The notes: generated from the sequence alone by a model not told the origin. A stretch of 64,000 nucleotides of DNA from an uncultured Gammaproteobacteria bacterium (GCA_964540635.1 CAZINP010000001.1:171263-235262), one strand, 5' to 3'. Shown: positions 33,917 through 44,782, counted from the stretch's first letter. A program made the numbers and translations.

Positions 33917-36145
33917 TTAGATTTTTTCAAAGAAAGTTCTGGCTAAAACTTCTTTTTGCTGTTCGGGGGTAAGCTTGATGAAGTTAACGGCATAACCGGA
34001 AACGCGAATGGTCAGCTGCGGATAATTTTGCGGATTTTTCATGGCATCAAGCAAAGTCTCTTTGTTTAAGACATTAACATTTAAGTGATGTGCGCCTTTG
34101 CCAAAATATCCATCCAGGATTGAAACCAAATTTCCGACTTTCTCTTCTTCGGTCGCGCCCAAGGCCGGACCGACAATGGAAAAAGTGTTTGAGATGCCGT
34201 CTTTGGCGTATTCATATTCAAGTTTGGCCACAGAATTAAGAGAGGAAATCGCGCCGGAAGTGTCGCGGCCGTGCATTGGGTTGGCGCCGGGCGCAAACGG
34301 TTCACCAGCCTTTCGGCCGTCCGGAGTAGCGCCGGTTTTTTTGCCGTAAACCACATTGGAAGTAATGGTCAAAACCGACAAAGTTGGCGCTGCGTCCCTG
34401 TAAATTTTGTGCTTATTCAATTCTGTATTGAAAGCCATAACAATTTCTTTGGCAATTGAGTCAACGCGATCATCATCGTTGCCGTATTTGGGATAATCGC
34501 CTTCAATTTTATAATCAACGGCAATGCCTCTCTCGTCTCTTATGGGAGTTACCTTGGCGTATTTGATTGCCGAGAGTGAATCGGTAACAACTGACAAGCC
34601 GGCAATACCAAAAGCCATCACTCTTTCAACGTCGGTGTCTAACAGCGACATCTGCGCTCTTTCGTAATAATATTTGTCGTGCATATAATGGATGACGTTC
34701 ATGGCATTAACATAATTTTGAGCCACATATTCCATTGCTTTTTTGTAGCTTGATAAAACTTTTTCATAATCAAGCGCGCCGTCCATTTTTTCAATTCCGT
34801 CAACGATTTTGGTATCAGACATTTCATCAAATCCGCCGTTAATGGCGATTAAAAGAGTTTTGGCCAAATTGCATCTGGCGCCAAAGAATTGCATTTGTTT
34901 TCCGGTCTTGAGCAAAGAGACGCAGCAGGAAATGCCGTAATCATCCGAGCAAAAAACTTTGCGCATCAAATCGTCGTTTTCATATTGAATTGATGAAGTT
35001 TCAATGCTGGTTTTGGTGCAAAATTCTTTAAACGGCTTTGGCAATTTGTCCGACCATAAAACCGTAAGGTTTGGTTCGGGTGAGGGGCCGAGATTTTTTA
35101 AAGTATGCAAAAAGCGATAAGTGGTTTTGCAAACTTTATGCTCGCCGTTTTCCCACATGCCTCCCACTGATTCGGTTAACCAAGTCGGGTCGCCGGCAAA
35201 AAGCTGATTGTATTCATTCATGCGCAAATGTCTGACCAAACGCAATTTAATTACAAATTGATCAATGATTTCTTGGGCTTGTTCTTCGGTTAATGCACCA
35301 GACTCCAAATCTCTTTCAAAATAAACATCAAAGAAATTGCTGACATTGCCTAACGACATGGCTGCACCATCGTGTTCTTTGAGCGCGGCCAAGTAACCAA
35401 AATAAGTCCACTGCACCGCTTCTTTGGCGTTTTGGGCGGGCTGAGAAATGTCAAAACCATAGCTGGCCGCCATTTCCTTAATCATTTTCAAGGCTTTAAT
35501 TTGCTCGCTGATTTCTTCTCTGAGCTGAATCAAATCATTAGTCATGGCGCCGACAAAGCGGGTTTTATCTTCTTCTTTTGATTTAATTAATTTATCAATG
35601 CCGTAAAGCGCCACGCGGCGATAGTCGCCGATAATGCGGCCGCGTGCGTAGGCATCGGGCAAACCGGTAATAACGCCGGTTGATCTTAATTTCCTTATTT
35701 GTTCATCGTAAGCATCAAATACGCCGTCGTTGTGGGTTTTTCGGTATTGCGTGCAAATTTTTACAACTTCATCGTCAACTTTGTAGCCGTTTTCTTCGCA
35801 GGCTTTTTCAACCACGCGAATACCGCCAAACGGCTTAATGCCTCTTTTGAGCGGTTTGTCAGTTTGAAGTCCAAAAATTACTTCCAAATCTTTTTTAATA
35901 TAACCGGCTTTGTGGCTGGTAATGGTGGAAATATTTTTGGTATCAATATCAAGCACGCCGCCATTTTTGATTTCCTTGGCCATTAGCTTGGTACATTCAG
36001 TCCAAAGTTTTTTGGTCCTGGGTGTTGCGGGAACCAAAAAATCAGGCTGATTGTCGTATTTGGTTCGATTATTAAAGACAAAGTCTCTTACATCTATTTC
36101 TTTTTGCCACTTACCGGCATTGAATTCTTTCTGATTTGAAGTCAT
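33917..36145 (-). CDS. pflB: Formate C-acetyltransferase (pyruvate formate-lyase)
   Basis: 742 aa. C-terminal glycyl-radical motif RVSGYAVNF. Conserved PFL core throughout. Confidence 0.9.
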   Translation of the reverse strand: MTSNQKEFNAGKWQKEIDVRDFVFNNRTKYDNQPDFLVPATPRTKKLWTECTKLMAKEIKNGGVLDIDTKNISTITSHKAGYIKKDLEVIFGLQTDKPLKRGIKPFGGIRVVEKACEENGYKVDDEVVKICTQYRKTHNDGVFDAYDEQIRKLRSTGVITGLPDAYARGRIIGDYRRVALYGIDKLIKSKEEDKTRFVGAMTNDLIQLREEISEQIKALKMIKEMAASYGFDISQPAQNAKEAVQWTYFGYLAALKEHDGAAMSLGNVSNFFDVYFERDLESGALTEEQAQEIIDQFVIKLRLVRHLRMNEYNQLFAGDPTWLTESVGGMWENGEHKVCKTTYRFLHTLKNLGPSPEPNLTVLWSDKLPKPFKEFCTKTSIETSSIQYENDDLMRKVFCSDDYGISCCVSLLKTGKQMQFFGARCNLAKTLLIAINGGFDEMSDTKIVDGIEKMDGALDYEKVLSSYKKAMEYVAQNYVNAMNVIHYMHDKYYYERAQMSLLDTDVERVMAFGIAGLSVVTDSLSAIKYAKVTPIRDERGIAVDYKIEGDYPKYGNDDDRVDSIAKEIVMAFNTELNKHKIYRDAAPTLSVLTITSNVVYGKKTGATPDGRKAGEPFAPGANPMHGRDTSGAISSLNSVAKLEYEYAKDGISNTFSIVGPALGATEEEKVGNLVSILDGYFGKGAHHLNVNVLNKETLLDAMKNPQNYPQLTIRVSGYAVNFIKLTPEQQKEVLARTFFEKI

Positions 36146-36296
36146 ATTTTTTAAAATTATTATTAACTAGTAAATTATTATAACCCTTTTTCTTGAATAA
36201 ATCAAGTTTGTTATTTTTTATGATAAATCGTGTTCGGGTTAGTCAGTTGAGTTTAAATTTGGTAAAATTAAAGAATAAAACATATTTAGCATTTTT

Positions 36297-37661
36297 ATGA
36301 AAATTTCTTTCCATGGCGCGGCCCAGGAAGTAACCGGTTCGTGCACTTTACTTGAAACCGAAAAGAGCAAATTTGTCGTTGATTGCGGCGTGTTTCAAGG
36401 CAAAGAGTTTTTTGATACCAGAAATTTGGATAAGTTTAAATTTGACGCCTCGGCCGTTGATTTTGTTTTATTAACTCATGCTCACTTGGATCATTGCGGA
36501 CGCATACCCAAACTTTTTAAGGAGGGCTTTTCGGGAAAAGTTTATTGCACTCCGCCGACGCGTGATTTTGCCGAAATTATGCTTTTGGATTCGGCCAGGG
36601 TGATTGCCGAAGAGGCTTACGCCATGGGCAAGGAACCGCTTTATTCCGAAGAAGATGTTCATCAGATCATAGCTAATTTTGAAGCGATTGATTATGATAA
36701 AAAGTTTAATCCAACCTCAGAGATAAGCGTAACTTTTCGCGACGCCGGTCATATTTTGGGTTCGGCCATGATTGAGGTTGAATTGAAAGAAAACAAAAAA
36801 AATAAAAAGTTATTGTTTACCGGCGATATGGGCAATCCGCCCGCGCCCATTGTGCGCGACCCTCAAACCGAGACTGGCGCTGACTTTGTTTTTATTGAAT
36901 CTACTTATGGCGGTATTGTCCACGAACCCGGGGAGGAAAGAATTGAAAAATTAAAAAAGGCGGTTTTGGATTCAGTTGGCCGCGGCGGCGTTTTGATGAT
37001 CCCGGCCTTTTCTTTGGAAAGAACGCAAGAGGTTTTGTACGAATTGAATTTTTTGGTTGAAAACGGCAAATTACCTTTGGTCCCAATTTTTTTGGATAGC
37101 CCTTTGGCAATCAGAGCCATTGAGGTTTATCAAAAACACAGCAAGTATTTTGATGCCGAAGCAAAAAGATTGATGGGTCAAGGCGATAATTTGTTTCGTT
37201 TCCAAGGCCTGACTTACACGCCCAGCAGCTTAGAGTCAAAAAGAATAAATGAAATCAAACCGCCGAAAGTGATTATTGCCGGCAGCGGCATGTGCAATGG
37301 CGGCCGGATGCCGCATCACTTAAAACGCTATTTGGACAGCGCCAATAACACTCTTTTGATAATTTCTTATCAGGCTGCCGGTTCATTGGGCCGTGAAATT
37401 TTAGATGGTGTTGATAGTGTGATAATTGATGACAAGAGAATTAAAGTTAAAGCCAGAGTAATTGCGATTGGCGCTTATTCATCGCACGCGGACAAACCAA
37501 AGCTTTTGGCCTGGGCCAAAGAAATTACTTCGCCCAGACCGCAAAAGTTTTTTGTTGTTCATGGTGAAAAAGAAAATAACAAAGCCCTAGCCCTGGCTTT
37601 GGAAAAAGAAACAAAAGCATCTGTTGAAATTGCTTCGTATAAAAAAATCTACGAAATATAA
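36297..37661 (+). CDS. Beta-CASP family metallo-beta-lactamase-fold ribonuclease
   Basis: LLTHAHLDHCGRIP (HxHxDH). Beta-CASP-like C-terminal region. 454 aa. Confidence 0.75.
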   Translation: MKISFHGAAQEVTGSCTLLETEKSKFVVDCGVFQGKEFFDTRNLDKFKFDASAVDFVLLTHAHLDHCGRIPKLFKEGFSGKVYCTPPTRDFAEIMLLDSARVIAEEAYAMGKEPLYSEEDVHQIIANFEAIDYDKKFNPTSEISVTFRDAGHILGSAMIEVELKENKKNKKLLFTGDMGNPPAPIVRDPQTETGADFVFIESTYGGIVHEPGEERIEKLKKAVLDSVGRGGVLMIPAFSLERTQEVLYELNFLVENGKLPLVPIFLDSPLAIRAIEVYQKHSKYFDAEAKRLMGQGDNLFRFQGLTYTPSSLESKRINEIKPPKVIIAGSGMCNGGRMPHHLKRYLDSANNTLLIISYQAAGSLGREILDGVDSVIIDDKRIKVKARVIAIGAYSSHADKPKLLAWAKEITSPRPQKFFVVHGEKENNKALALALEKETKASVEIASYKKIYEI

Positions 37662-37682
37662 TCTTAATATCTTAATAAAAAA

Positions 37683-37708
37683 ATCCCGCCACTCGGCGGG
37701 ATTTTTTA
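37683..37708. terminator. Bidirectional terminator ATCCCGCC-actc-GGCGGGAT + T-run
   Basis: Near-identical in sequence to the terminator at 38513-38538. Confidence 0.6.
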
Positions 37709-37715
37709 TATAAAA

Positions 37716-38432
37716 TTATTTGCTTTTCAGCCAAGCTTCAAAATCGCGGCTTGGTTTTGCCCCCCAGCGCTTATTAAACCATTCTTCGACCAATTCGCTT
37801 TCATTCATTCTCAAGACAGGTTTTTCAAAGGCTCTTAAGCGATATATCAGATGGTCTTGTTTTTCTTCGCCTTCTGTGTTTTGGGCCAATATCGCTCTTT
37901 CTACCCTTTCTTCACCCAAAAGCGGTCCATATTTTTCAATTATTTTTTTCTCTTCTTCGCGTCCGTTTTCAAGCCAATTTTTTAAAGGTGTTTTTGGCAC
38001 TTCGCCCGTTCTTAAAACCCATTCATATTTTTCCCATAAGCTTCTGACCTCACTGGCACAAGCAATTTCTAATGATCTTTGATATTCAGCATATTTTTCC
38101 GGACTTGTTTGAACATCAGAGATGGCCGCCGCTTTGGCCAAATTTGTTTTTGGATCGTCCCACGAGTCATTTTCTTTAAAGCCGCTGTTTGGTTGTCTTA
38201 TCCCTTCATTGAATTTGCCGGTAAATTCATTTAACTTCTCAACATCAATTTCCCCTTTTTCATTGTGATAAAAGTCGGGCGGATATTGAGTATAGATTTC
38301 TTCGTAGATTTTAAGAATTGTTTGTTTTTGTTCAGCTGGTACGTTTTCGATCTCTCGGCGTAAATCCCGCTTGCCTTCCGTTTCGATTTCCATAGATGGT
38401 TCTTTGGGCCCCCCAAAAAATCTATCTCCCAT
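37716..38432 (-). CDS. Hypothetical acidic protein
   Basis: 238-aa ORF, E/K-rich, no motifs recognised. Confidence 0.45.
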   Translation of the reverse strand: MGDRFFGGPKEPSMEIETEGKRDLRREIENVPAEQKQTILKIYEEIYTQYPPDFYHNEKGEIDVEKLNEFTGKFNEGIRQPNSGFKENDSWDDPKTNLAKAAAISDVQTSPEKYAEYQRSLEIACASEVRSLWEKYEWVLRTGEVPKTPLKNWLENGREEEKKIIEKYGPLLGEERVERAILAQNTEGEEKQDHLIYRLRAFEKPVLRMNESELVEEWFNKRWGAKPSRDFEAWLKSK

Positions 38433-38512
38433 ATTTTTTTAAGTTATTATTAAAGGGTTTAATCCTTTAGCTATTATATTACAAATTGGCTTGTTTTTAA
38501 AGATTTAAAAAA

Positions 38513-38538
38513 ATCCCGCCGGGTGGCGGGATTTTTTA
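38513..38538. terminator. Bidirectional terminator ATCCCGCC-gggt-GGCGGGAT + T-run (after HU gene)
   Basis: Hairpin plus flanking A/T runs. Confidence 0.6.
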
Positions 38539-38551
38539 TTGAAAAGTTTGA

Positions 38552-38836
38552 TTACAAGATTGAATCCTTGGCGGCTTTAGCGACGCGGAATTTAACCACG
38601 GTTTTAGCCGGGATTTTAATCTGTTCACCGGTAGCCGGATTGCGGCCCATTCTGGCGGCGCGAGCTTTCTTGATTAATTTGCCCAAACCAGGAACAGTGA
38701 ATTCACCGTTCTTTTTGGTTTCATCGTAGGCCATTTCCACCATTGCTTCTAATAAGCCGGTGACATCTTTTTTGCTTAAACCGCTCTTATCAGCTAAGCC
38801 GCTGATAATCTGCGATTTGGTCAAACCTTTTGCCAT
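38552..38836 (-). CDS. hup: DNA-binding protein HU
   Basis: MAKGLTKSQIISGLADKSGLSKKDV...GFGKF-like arm...GRNPATGEQIKIPAKTVVKFR. Confidence 0.9.
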   Translation of the reverse strand: MAKGLTKSQIISGLADKSGLSKKDVTGLLEAMVEMAYDETKKNGEFTVPGLGKLIKKARAARMGRNPATGEQIKIPAKTVVKFRVAKAAKDSIL

Positions 38837-39081
38837 AAGTTCAAATTATTAATAATTATTAGCAATTACTTATAAATAATACCAAATTTGGAAACGATTA
38901 ACAATAGAAAATAGGGGAAAACCCTTATATTTATTGGTTTAATTAAAGGTTAAATAAAATATTATTAAATAATTTGGCTAAAATTAGTTAAAATTTACAA
39001 TTTACGCTGGGTTGTCAAATGATGTCAAAATGTTATAATTTAATGAGAAAAATTAACATTTTTTTGAATTAAAATTAAAAT

Positions 39082-39618
39082 ATGTCTATTGCATCTGAGT
39101 TTTCAAATAGAGAAATTAGACCCGTAAGAGACGGGAAAGATCCAATGGGAAATGGCGACCACGATGGAATTGAAACGGTTTTTGTTGGTGAGCCGGGGCT
39201 GGATCAGCACTTGGCGGCTGAGGGTAAGTCTGGTCATAATCAATATGAAGTTGATAGAATCAGTCCCAATGATATGAATAAAGAAAATCCTTTGGGCGCT
39301 TTGGCTTCAGGGGGGTCATTCAATCGTCAAGAGGAAATTAAAACCATGCGCGAGATAGTTACTAGGCTTTCGGCTGAGGGTGGGGCAGACCAGATAATGG
39401 AAGTAAAGAATATTTCTGATTTGGATATTGAGGGTGAAAAGTTTACCATTACCGAATCAAATCAAGATGAGGTTAAAAAGATTTTGGTTGATCGTGGTTA
39501 TGAAATTGTTGATTTGGTTCACGATAACCCAGGTTTGGGGTTCAGGGCAAAAAAAGTTTTGATTGAAGACGGCAGCTCTGATTTGGATTTGGTTTTTTTG
39601 ATTAGCAAAGAAAAATAA
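39082..39618 (+). CDS. Hypothetical protein
   Basis: 178-aa ORF, no motifs recognised. Confidence 0.4.
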   Translation: MSIASEFSNREIRPVRDGKDPMGNGDHDGIETVFVGEPGLDQHLAAEGKSGHNQYEVDRISPNDMNKENPLGALASGGSFNRQEEIKTMREIVTRLSAEGGADQIMEVKNISDLDIEGEKFTITESNQDEVKKILVDRGYEIVDLVHDNPGLGFRAKKVLIEDGSSDLDLVFLISKEK

Positions 39619-39624
39619 TTTTTT

Positions 39625-40623
39625 ATGATAATTTTAGGTATAGAAAGCAGCTGCGACGAAACAGCCGCGGCAGTTTTGAAAACAAACGGCCGCCGTTTTG
39701 ATTTACTTTCAAATGTGGTTTCTTCGCAAATTGATATCCATAAAAAATACGGCGGCGTTGTGCCGGAAGTGGCGGCCAGAAATCATATTATAAACATTAT
39801 TCCGGTAATTGATCAGGCGCTAGCCGTGGCCGATGTTAATTTTAAAAAGATTGATCGAGTCGCAGTAACCGCCGGTCCGGGATTGATCACTTCTTTAATG
39901 GTTGGCCTTGAAACGGCCAAGTCTTTGGCTTTTGCTTGGCAAAAACCGATTGTGCCAATTAATCATATGAAAGCGCATTTATATGCCAATTGGCTGGAAA
40001 ATAAAAAGATTGATTATCCGGCTATTTGTTTGATTGTTTCCGGCGGCCATACGGAATTGATTTATCTTAAGAGTGCTATAAATTTCAAAAAAATTGGTCA
40101 GACAGTAGATGATGCGGCCGGTGAAGCCTTTGATAAGGTGGCTCAGCTTTTAAATATCGGTTACCCGGGTGGTCCGGCCGTTTCCAAATTAGCCCAAAGA
40201 GGTAAGGTTGATTCTTTTAAATTGGCTCGTCCGATGATTGATTCCGGTGATTACAATTTCAGTTTTTCCGGTCTTAAAACTTCGGTTTTGTATGCGACTC
40301 AAAAAATTAAAAATCGGGACAAAAAATTCAAAGCTGATATGTGCGCTTCTTTTGAAAAAGCGGCCGTTGATGTTCTGACCAAAAAAACAATTAAAGCCGC
40401 TGTTGATTTTAAGGCCAAAACAATTATGTTATCCGGTGGCGTTTCAGCCAATCGTTTGTTGCGCCAAACCATGGCCGAAGAGGCAAAAAAAATTAATTTA
40501 AATTTTTCTATGCCGAGATTTGATTTTTGCACTGACAATGCGGCCATGGTCGCGGTTGCCGGTTATTTTGAAAAGCCGGTTTTATGGCATAAATTGAAAG
40601 TCAATCCCAATTTATCAATATGA
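39625..40623 (+). CDS. tsaD: tRNA N6-adenosine threonylcarbamoyltransferase
   Basis: ILGIESSCDETAAAV N-terminus. Kae1/Gcp fold motifs (HMKAHLYA, SGGVSANRLL). Confidence 0.9.
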   Translation: MIILGIESSCDETAAAVLKTNGRRFDLLSNVVSSQIDIHKKYGGVVPEVAARNHIINIIPVIDQALAVADVNFKKIDRVAVTAGPGLITSLMVGLETAKSLAFAWQKPIVPINHMKAHLYANWLENKKIDYPAICLIVSGGHTELIYLKSAINFKKIGQTVDDAAGEAFDKVAQLLNIGYPGGPAVSKLAQRGKVDSFKLARPMIDSGDYNFSFSGLKTSVLYATQKIKNRDKKFKADMCASFEKAAVDVLTKKTIKAAVDFKAKTIMLSGGVSANRLLRQTMAEEAKKINLNFSMPRFDFCTDNAAMVAVAGYFEKPVLWHKLKVNPNLSI

Positions 40624-41060
40624 TAAATCAAAAGCAATTCATAACCAAAACCGAAGAAGAGACTTTTTTGTTGGGAAAAAGGTTGGCTCAAAAATTAAAA
40701 GGCGGGGAAGTTTTGGCTTTAACCGGTAATTTGGGAGCGGGTAAAACCGTTTTTACGAAAGGTTTGGCCGCCGGACTGGGAGTTAAAGAAATTATCACTT
40801 CGCCGACCTTTGTCATAATGAAGGTTTATAATATCGTTAGTTCAACTAAAAAAATTAAGAATTTTGTTCATATTGATTGTTATCGTGTTGGCCAGCCGGA
40901 TGCGATTGAGGCGATTGGCGCTGCAGAATATTTTAATCGTTCTGATTCAATTGTTTTGATTGAGTGGGCTGAAAAAATTAAAAAAATCTTGCCAAAAAAT
41001 TCAATTAAACTTAATATCTTAATTACCAAGAATAATCAAAGAAAAATTAATATCAAATAA
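40620..41060 (+). CDS. tsaE: tRNA threonylcarbamoyladenosine biosynthesis ATPase TsaE
   Basis: LTGNLGAGKTVFTKGLAAGLGV...TSPTFVIMKVY. Overlaps tsaD by 4 nt. Confidence 0.85.
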   Translation: MINQKQFITKTEEETFLLGKRLAQKLKGGEVLALTGNLGAGKTVFTKGLAAGLGVKEIITSPTFVIMKVYNIVSSTKKIKNFVHIDCYRVGQPDAIEAIGAAEYFNRSDSIVLIEWAEKIKKILPKNSIKLNILITKNNQRKINIK

Positions 41061-41063
41061 TTT

Positions 41064-42368
41064 ATGTCTAGATTTGGCGCTAATGCCCACAGAAGCCACG
41101 ATGAATTTCAATCCAGTCCCGATTTTAGAAGAAATAAATTTGAAGTTGTCGGGGAGAGCGAATTAACAAAAGAAGAAGAAGAGGTTTACGCGGCTGCTTT
41201 GTTAGCTGATGCGCAACGGCCGAAAATTCAGGAGTTTATTGACTTTGAAGATGAACCGGGATTTTATACTGAACAAAGAGTGGCTACCGATCAGGCAAAG
41301 CTTGATAGATTTAATAGGGCCAGAGAGGAAAGCCCCAAAACAAAGCGCGGCTTGATTTTGGAATATATTATCAATCGGCATTGTGAGGCTTCAAACTGGC
41401 TGGGTGAGAATTGCTTGGTTTGTGATACGACATTATATGATGATGAAAAAAATAAAACCGATTTGGTCTTGGAGTTTATTAAAAAAAGAAAGAATGGGGA
41501 CTTGGTGTTATATCGTTTAGCCGTTGATGTGACCAGCACGCAAAACGACCGTAATTATATGTCTAAACACGATCGCATAGTTGAAGGTTTGGATAACGGC
41601 GTCATGGCCAGATTAAAATACTTTACTTCTGAGGCTAAAAGGAAAAAAGTTGGTTTTATTAAAAACGTACCCAAGGCGGTTTTGGCCTTGGGACCGAAAA
41701 GTATTCAACGTCTAGCGCGTGATTTTAAATATTCTCAAGATTTGTATAAAGCGGCTCGTGAAGACAATGATCCAGTCAGGGCAAAGAGGCTGAGGTCTCA
41801 AGCGATGGCGGTAATGGAAAAGAATCCGGTTCAGCTGGCTTTATTGGAACAAATTCATCGGCAGATGCAAGATCAGATGATATATGTTTTAGGTAATATT
41901 TTGAGAGAGCTGGATCGAGATTTTAAGAATTTTTCCACAGGAAACGAAGAAGAGTCAAGGTTTGTTTTAAGCGAACTTGCCGATGTTTACAGTCGTTTGC
42001 AGGGAGATTGGGCAATAAATGTTTCGGAAATGCAAGATTACGCCGATAGGGTGATAGATACTTTTTATAGAAGTAAAAATTTATTAAATCGTCTCAAGGG
42101 AAAAGGTGGTGATGATGGGGCTGAGACTTATTCCAATTCGCTTATTGCTCAGCACACAGCCACTCTTGATCGATTGCGACCAATTTTAAATATCAGCCGC
42201 GAACTTTTGGATGATAAAAGAGAATTATTAGGCCAAAGAGTGGTTGATGAAACTTATTCTCGTATGGGTAATAATGTTGTTATTGAAAACTCCGTTAATT
42301 GTTTGGGTAGCCTTTCTTTGCCCAAGAGGTTGGGCGATAAATTGCCCAAGCCAATGGCCGAAATTTAA
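41064..42368 (+). CDS. Hypothetical protein (434 aa)
   Basis: Intact ORF in an apparent operon with tsaDE, no motifs recognised. Confidence 0.45.
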   Translation: MSRFGANAHRSHDEFQSSPDFRRNKFEVVGESELTKEEEEVYAAALLADAQRPKIQEFIDFEDEPGFYTEQRVATDQAKLDRFNRAREESPKTKRGLILEYIINRHCEASNWLGENCLVCDTTLYDDEKNKTDLVLEFIKKRKNGDLVLYRLAVDVTSTQNDRNYMSKHDRIVEGLDNGVMARLKYFTSEAKRKKVGFIKNVPKAVLALGPKSIQRLARDFKYSQDLYKAAREDNDPVRAKRLRSQAMAVMEKNPVQLALLEQIHRQMQDQMIYVLGNILRELDRDFKNFSTGNEEESRFVLSELADVYSRLQGDWAINVSEMQDYADRVIDTFYRSKNLLNRLKGKGGDDGAETYSNSLIAQHTATLDRLRPILNISRELLDDKRELLGQRVVDETYSRMGNNVVIENSVNCLGSLSLPKRLGDKLPKPMAEI

Positions 42369-42425
42369 AATTTTGAGTAAAAAAAAGCAACCAGAGGTTG
42401 CTGTCTGCGCCAAATAAGGGGCAGG

Positions 42426-42833
42426 TTAGATTTTTGGCTTGTGCACGTGCCGGAGCACGGCTTCAACCCAAGCCTGTGAAAACGGCGGCGGCAGCCAGGC
42501 GGCAAAATGCTGGTGCACCACTTCCAGGTTGCCAAGCAAATCCGGCTCAACGTCGCTGACTACCACTGTTGGCGTCTCAATGTTGTGTCGATTCCGCAGG
42601 CTTTTAAGGAAGTTAACTCCCTGACCTTTTTTTTGTCCGTCTGTGAGATCAGAGGACATGAATATAATGTCGATGGGCGAATCACCTTCCATTGCCCTGG
42701 TAATTTCTCCCCGAATCGCATAGCAATCAGGTTCGGTAGAAACAAACATCTTGTACCCCAAAGTTTCCAGGGCACTTTTTATCTTTTCCACTTGATGTGG
42801 AAGGAGTGCGAGAAGAATCTTTTTCTTTTCCAT
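42426..42833 (-). CDS. Single-domain receiver (CheY-like) protein with degenerate acidic pocket
   Basis: Receiver-like pattern (IDIIFMSSDLTDGQ...FLKSLR), but the N-terminal DD pocket is replaced (ILLALLPHQ). The 3' end is GC-richer. Confidence 0.45.
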   Translation of the reverse strand: MEKKKILLALLPHQVEKIKSALETLGYKMFVSTEPDCYAIRGEITRAMEGDSPIDIIFMSSDLTDGQKKGQGVNFLKSLRNRHNIETPTVVVSDVEPDLLGNLEVVHQHFAAWLPPPFSQAWVEAVLRHVHKPKI

Positions 42834-42926
42834 GTTGTTGGCGTTTCTCCAAGTTGCAAGCCAAGTTTAAGGAACACAAGTAAAAATATTACACGAAAAT
42901 AATAATTTTGTCAAGAATAAAAAACC

Positions 42927-42960
42927 CCTCGTCTGGCGAGGGGTTTGTGGTTTGTGTTTT
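42927..42960. terminator. Bidirectional terminator CCCCTCG-tctgg-CGAGGGG
   Basis: T-runs on both strands. Confidence 0.6.
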
Positions 42961-44699
42961 TATATTTCCGGTGCGGAAACGTCTTTGGCCACCCTGAAGA
43001 CTTCATCAACAGAAGTGATGCCGTCTACGGCCTTAAGTAAGCCGTCTTGGATCATGGTAATCATGCCGTTTTTAATAGCCACGGCGCGCATATCGTACTC
43101 TGAAACTTGGCCGGATAAAATCATGGCTTCAACTTCTTTGTTCATTCCCATGATTTCATAAATTCCAATGCGGCCCTTGTAGCCTAGACCCTGGCATTGT
43201 TCGCAACCGGCACCTTTATAGAATTTTAGTTTGTTTAATTCTTCGGCTGAAACGCTTGAGCCGGAAGTTTCCGGAATTTCGGATAAGATTTTCATTACCC
43301 TGGATAAAGTTTTATTGTCTAATTCAATTTCTTGTTTGCAGTGCTCGCAAATTTTTCTAACCAAACGTTGGCCGATCATGGCATTAAGGGCCGGGGCCAA
43401 TAAATAGGGTTTGACTTGCATGGATAAGAACCTAGGAATAGTGCCGGCCGCGTCATTGGTGTGGATTGTGGAAATTACCAAATGGCCGGTTAAGGCGGCA
43501 TTAATGGCAATTTCGGCCGTTTCCAAGTCGCGAATTTCACCAACCATAATTACATCGGGGTCTTGGCGTAAAATTGAGCGTAGGCCGGAGGCAAAGGTGT
43601 AATCTTTGCTGGCATCGATTTGACTTTGATTAATGCCCGCCATTTTATATTCAATCGGGTCTTCAACCGTAATAATTTTTGTTTCCGTGTCATTAAGTTT
43701 GTTTAAAATTGCATAAAGAGTGGTGGTTTTACCCGAACCGGTTGGACCGGTAGTAACAATCATGCCGTTTGGTTTCTGAATTTGGTTTTTAAGAACTTCA
43801 AAAGCTTTACCCCTGATGCCTAACGATTCAAAGGAAATGCCAACAACCGAAGACATTAACAAACGCATAACTACGCTTTCCCCATAAGCGGTTGGCAGAC
43901 AAGAAACTCTGACGTCAATTTTTTCTTTTTCCAAAAAAATGGTAAAGCGCCCATCTTGAGGTCGGTCGGCTATATTGATTTTTAGTCTTGATATTAATTT
44001 AATGCGCGAGATGACTTGCGGCCAAACCTTTGGTTTTAACTCCGCCGCTTCTTGTAAAATACCGTCAATACGAAATCTGATTTTAATGCCTTTTTCTTCG
44101 GCTTCAATGTGAATATCAGAAGATCTGGCTTTGACGGCGGCGGCAATTATCAGCGTTAACATATCAGTCGTATTGACTTCGCCCAATTTTTTATTAAGAT
44201 CTCTGAAGGTATTTATTTCTTTGCCGTATTTTAAAATATCTTCCTCGGTAATTTCAACGCCGCCGATAAATTTTTTGATTTTGGGTAAATTTTTGTATAA
44301 GGCAAAGGCGAATTTGAAACTGTTTAAAGAAATCAAGTAAATTTTGGCATTAACGTGGTACTCTTTTTCCAACTCGGCGACAAAATCCAGTAAAGCCTGA
44401 TTTTGAGGGTTGGTAGTGGCAATATGAACATCATGGCTGCCCATAAAAAAACAAATCGCGTGCAATTCGCCCGATTTTTTTTCCGGAATTATCCCTAAAA
44501 CTTCTGAATTGATTGGAAATCCTTTTAGGTCAATATAATCAAAACCAAGATCCGAGGCTTTTTCTCTGGCCTCGCGTTCTTTTTCTTTAACCTCAATTGT
44601 GCCCATTTTTTTATCAAAAACCTCGGCAACTTTATTTTCCGAAATTTTTGGGACGCGACTTGAGAGAATTTTTTTAATTGTGTCGTCGTTTTGCGGCAT
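42960..44699 (-). CDS. pilB: Type IV pilus assembly / type II secretion ATPase (GspE/PilB family)
   Basis: N-terminal GSPII_E_N-like region. Walker A GPTGSGKTTTLYA. C-terminal Zn-binding CxxC pairs. Confidence 0.9.
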   Translation of the reverse strand: MPQNDDTIKKILSSRVPKISENKVAEVFDKKMGTIEVKEKEREAREKASDLGFDYIDLKGFPINSEVLGIIPEKKSGELHAICFFMGSHDVHIATTNPQNQALLDFVAELEKEYHVNAKIYLISLNSFKFAFALYKNLPKIKKFIGGVEITEEDILKYGKEINTFRDLNKKLGEVNTTDMLTLIIAAAVKARSSDIHIEAEEKGIKIRFRIDGILQEAAELKPKVWPQVISRIKLISRLKINIADRPQDGRFTIFLEKEKIDVRVSCLPTAYGESVVMRLLMSSVVGISFESLGIRGKAFEVLKNQIQKPNGMIVTTGPTGSGKTTTLYAILNKLNDTETKIITVEDPIEYKMAGINQSQIDASKDYTFASGLRSILRQDPDVIMVGEIRDLETAEIAINAALTGHLVISTIHTNDAAGTIPRFLSMQVKPYLLAPALNAMIGQRLVRKICEHCKQEIELDNKTLSRVMKILSEIPETSGSSVSAEELNKLKFYKGAGCEQCQGLGYKGRIGIYEIMGMNKEVEAMILSGQVSEYDMRAVAIKNGMITMIQDGLLKAVDGITSVDEVFRVAKDVSAPEI

Positions 44700-44782
44700 A
44701 GATATACTAATTATAACGTTTTTTGGTTTTTAAGCCAAATAAAATCAGCCCCGATGAAACCGGGGCTGATTTGTGAAAAATA

